From positions 1 to 17,709 of the forward strand of contig JAEOSH010000048.1 in the NCBI GenBank assembly GCA_016840465.1: a stretch of 17,709 nt of DNA, read 5' to 3'. Each line of letters opens with the position of its first letter. Position 1 is the stretch's first letter. A program made the translations under genes and the position numbers. This DNA comes from Candidatus Baldrarchaeum yapensis (lineage in GTDB: Archaea; Asgardarchaeota; Baldrarchaeia; Baldrarchaeales; Baldrarchaeaceae). The notes beneath the pieces were generated by a model. The model was not told where the DNA came from. It did not search any database and saw only the letters and a program-made list of their open reading frames with translations. This document shows, one piece after another, positions 16,510 to 17,709 of the stretch.

Positions 16510-16923
16510 CTAGAACCCTAAATCCTCGGGCGTCTTTCTCTTAACCCACTTCACACGATCAAAATCCTTATCATAGGAGACGATGACCTTAATGTTCAGC
16601 TTTTTCATCGTGCGTACAGCTAGCGCATCATCAAAATCTAACCCCTCGTCCCTCATCACCTCAGTCGCCTCAATTTTATCGTAAATGGTTAGGTGGTAAA
16701 TCGAGAGGCCGCGATACTGCAACAAGGATGTTAAAAAGACCGCGATGTCCCTCCATGACTTCCCATAATTCTCCATGACGATGACGACATTATCTATATG
16801 AAAATCGGTGGTGTACGCATCGAGTCTTCCGGATTGAACCGCCTTGAGGAAATTTTTCGCCGGGACTCCGTGCTCCTGCGCTAATTCCACTTCAAGGAAG
16901 ATATTTGAATCGATAAATAGCAT
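16510..16923 (-). CDS. vapC: VapC PIN-domain toxin
   Basis: FIDSNIFL, LDFDDAL, SYDKDFD; ATG abuts the antitoxin stop. Confidence 0.92.
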   Translation of the reverse strand: MLFIDSNIFLEVELAQEHGVPAKNFLKAVQSGRLDAYTTDFHIDNVVIVMENYGKSWRDIAVFLTSLLQYRGLSIYHLTIYDKIEATEVMRDEGLDFDDALAVRTMKKLNIKVIVSYDKDFDRVKWVKRKTPEDLGF

Positions 16924-17199
16924 TCAACTCACGCTCTTCTTCGCCCTTATTCTCCTAGCCTCGTGCTGAAGCTCAACCCCGCTCTTCTTTACGTGACTGA
17001 GCATCCCATAAATCGCCTCGACCGGATCCTCGATCAACCCCACCACCTTAATCGCCTCCGAAACCCTCGCAACCCATTCACTCAACGCCTTCTCCGCCGC
17101 TACGCTCAAAGACCCCTTGCCGTACCCGTAAAGTTTCATCGCAAGTTCCCTGAACTTCCTTTCAACCTCGTCCGATACGTACACCTTTATGCTTCCCAT
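16924..17199 (-). CDS. vapB: Ribbon-helix-helix-type antitoxin paired with VapC
   Basis: MGSIKVYVSDEVERKFRELAMKLYG...SLSVAAEKALSEW; start moved to ATG 17199, 4 nt after GGTGA. Confidence 0.82.
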   Translation of the reverse strand: MGSIKVYVSDEVERKFRELAMKLYGYGKGSLSVAAEKALSEWVARVSEAIKVVGLIEDPVEAIYGMLSHVKKSGVELQHEARRIRAKKSVS

Positions 17200-17218
17200 G
17201 GAATCACCGATTAAAAAG

Positions 17219-17234
17219 GACCTTAAGACCTTAA
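17219..17234. repeat. Tandem direct repeat GACCTTAA x2 in the vapBC promoter
   Basis: Exact 8-mer duplicated; overlaps and follows the minus-strand TTATTAA element (17237-17231). Confidence 0.6.
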
Positions 17235-17506
17235 TAACCATTGCCCTAAATCCCCAATGGCACCTAAACATTAAAGACACTAATTACGTCATAGGCCACC
17301 ACCACGACGACCAAAAGCATCCACCACCGCCAATCTGCAGACTCTAAAACATCAGTCCCGAATCACTAATCTGCAATACCATAGTCACACCACCAAAACC
17401 AACTCCATGAATTCAGCCGAAAAACCCACGACAAACAACTATAACGCCCGAGACTAGAGCACCGATCTTCTCGCCATTTTTAAATCATAAACCCAAAATC
17501 TTTCAA

Positions 17507-17709
17507 ATGATACCCGACATGGACGAGAGGATCACGATGGGGAGATCTCCCATCCTAGGATATAACTTCATAAGGAAGATCTGCGAAACATCCTCCTCCG
17601 AAATATGGCTCGCAGAAAAAGATGGACGAAAAATGCACCATCAAAATCCCGAAAAACGACGTCACGCTCACAGAACCCATTAAGGAGAGATTCCTAAGGC
17701 GCGTGAAAA
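17507..17709 (+). pseudogene. 5' fragment of a Ser/Thr protein kinase-like gene with a frameshift (runs off the window)
   Basis: Frame 1 LGYNFIRKICETSSSEIWLAEKDGRK; after the A5 run (17629-17633) the +1 frame gives CTIKIPK...EPIKERFLRRVK, resembling kinase subdomains I-III. TTTTAAAT lies 23 nt upstream. Confidence 0.55.

Noticed and set aside
17281-17470. Strongly C/A-skewed stretch with CCACCA words, considered as a repeat array or CRISPR
   Set aside because: No constant-length repeat with spacers; low-complexity intergenic DNA.
1-17709. tRNA, rRNA, CRISPR array, transposase or integrase
   Set aside because: None recognisable by eye; a covariance-model search was not possible.

Overview
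Archaeal genomic DNA, probably from a thermophile (SD motifs GGAGG/GGTGA, TATA boxes, archaeal GHMP shikimate kinase, PaREP1 and VapBC families). The core is a tightly overlapping minus-strand aromatic amino acid operon (about 14.4 kb to 3.67 kb): transketolase alpha and beta, DAHP synthase, aroB, aroD, aroE, aroK, aroA, aroC, chorismate mutase, class I aminotransferase, prephenate dehydrogenase. An ilvE-type aminotransferase lies at 29-949. The operon is flanked on both sides by toxin-antitoxin genes and their debris, and an AT-rich block (about 1.0-2.8 kb) encodes a coiled-coil/TrmB-effector-like protein. The most interesting signal is a candidate regulatory system. A winged-helix domain resembling the Thermococcales aro regulator Tar is fused in frame, via a Cys-rich linker, to the transketolase alpha subunit. 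Degenerate TGGACA-N8-TGTCCA-like boxes sit directly upstream of the TATA elements of both the aro operon and ilvE. The operon's best SD-linked ATG opens an out-of-frame 11-codon uORF. All family assignments are from motif recognition by eye; no searches were run.
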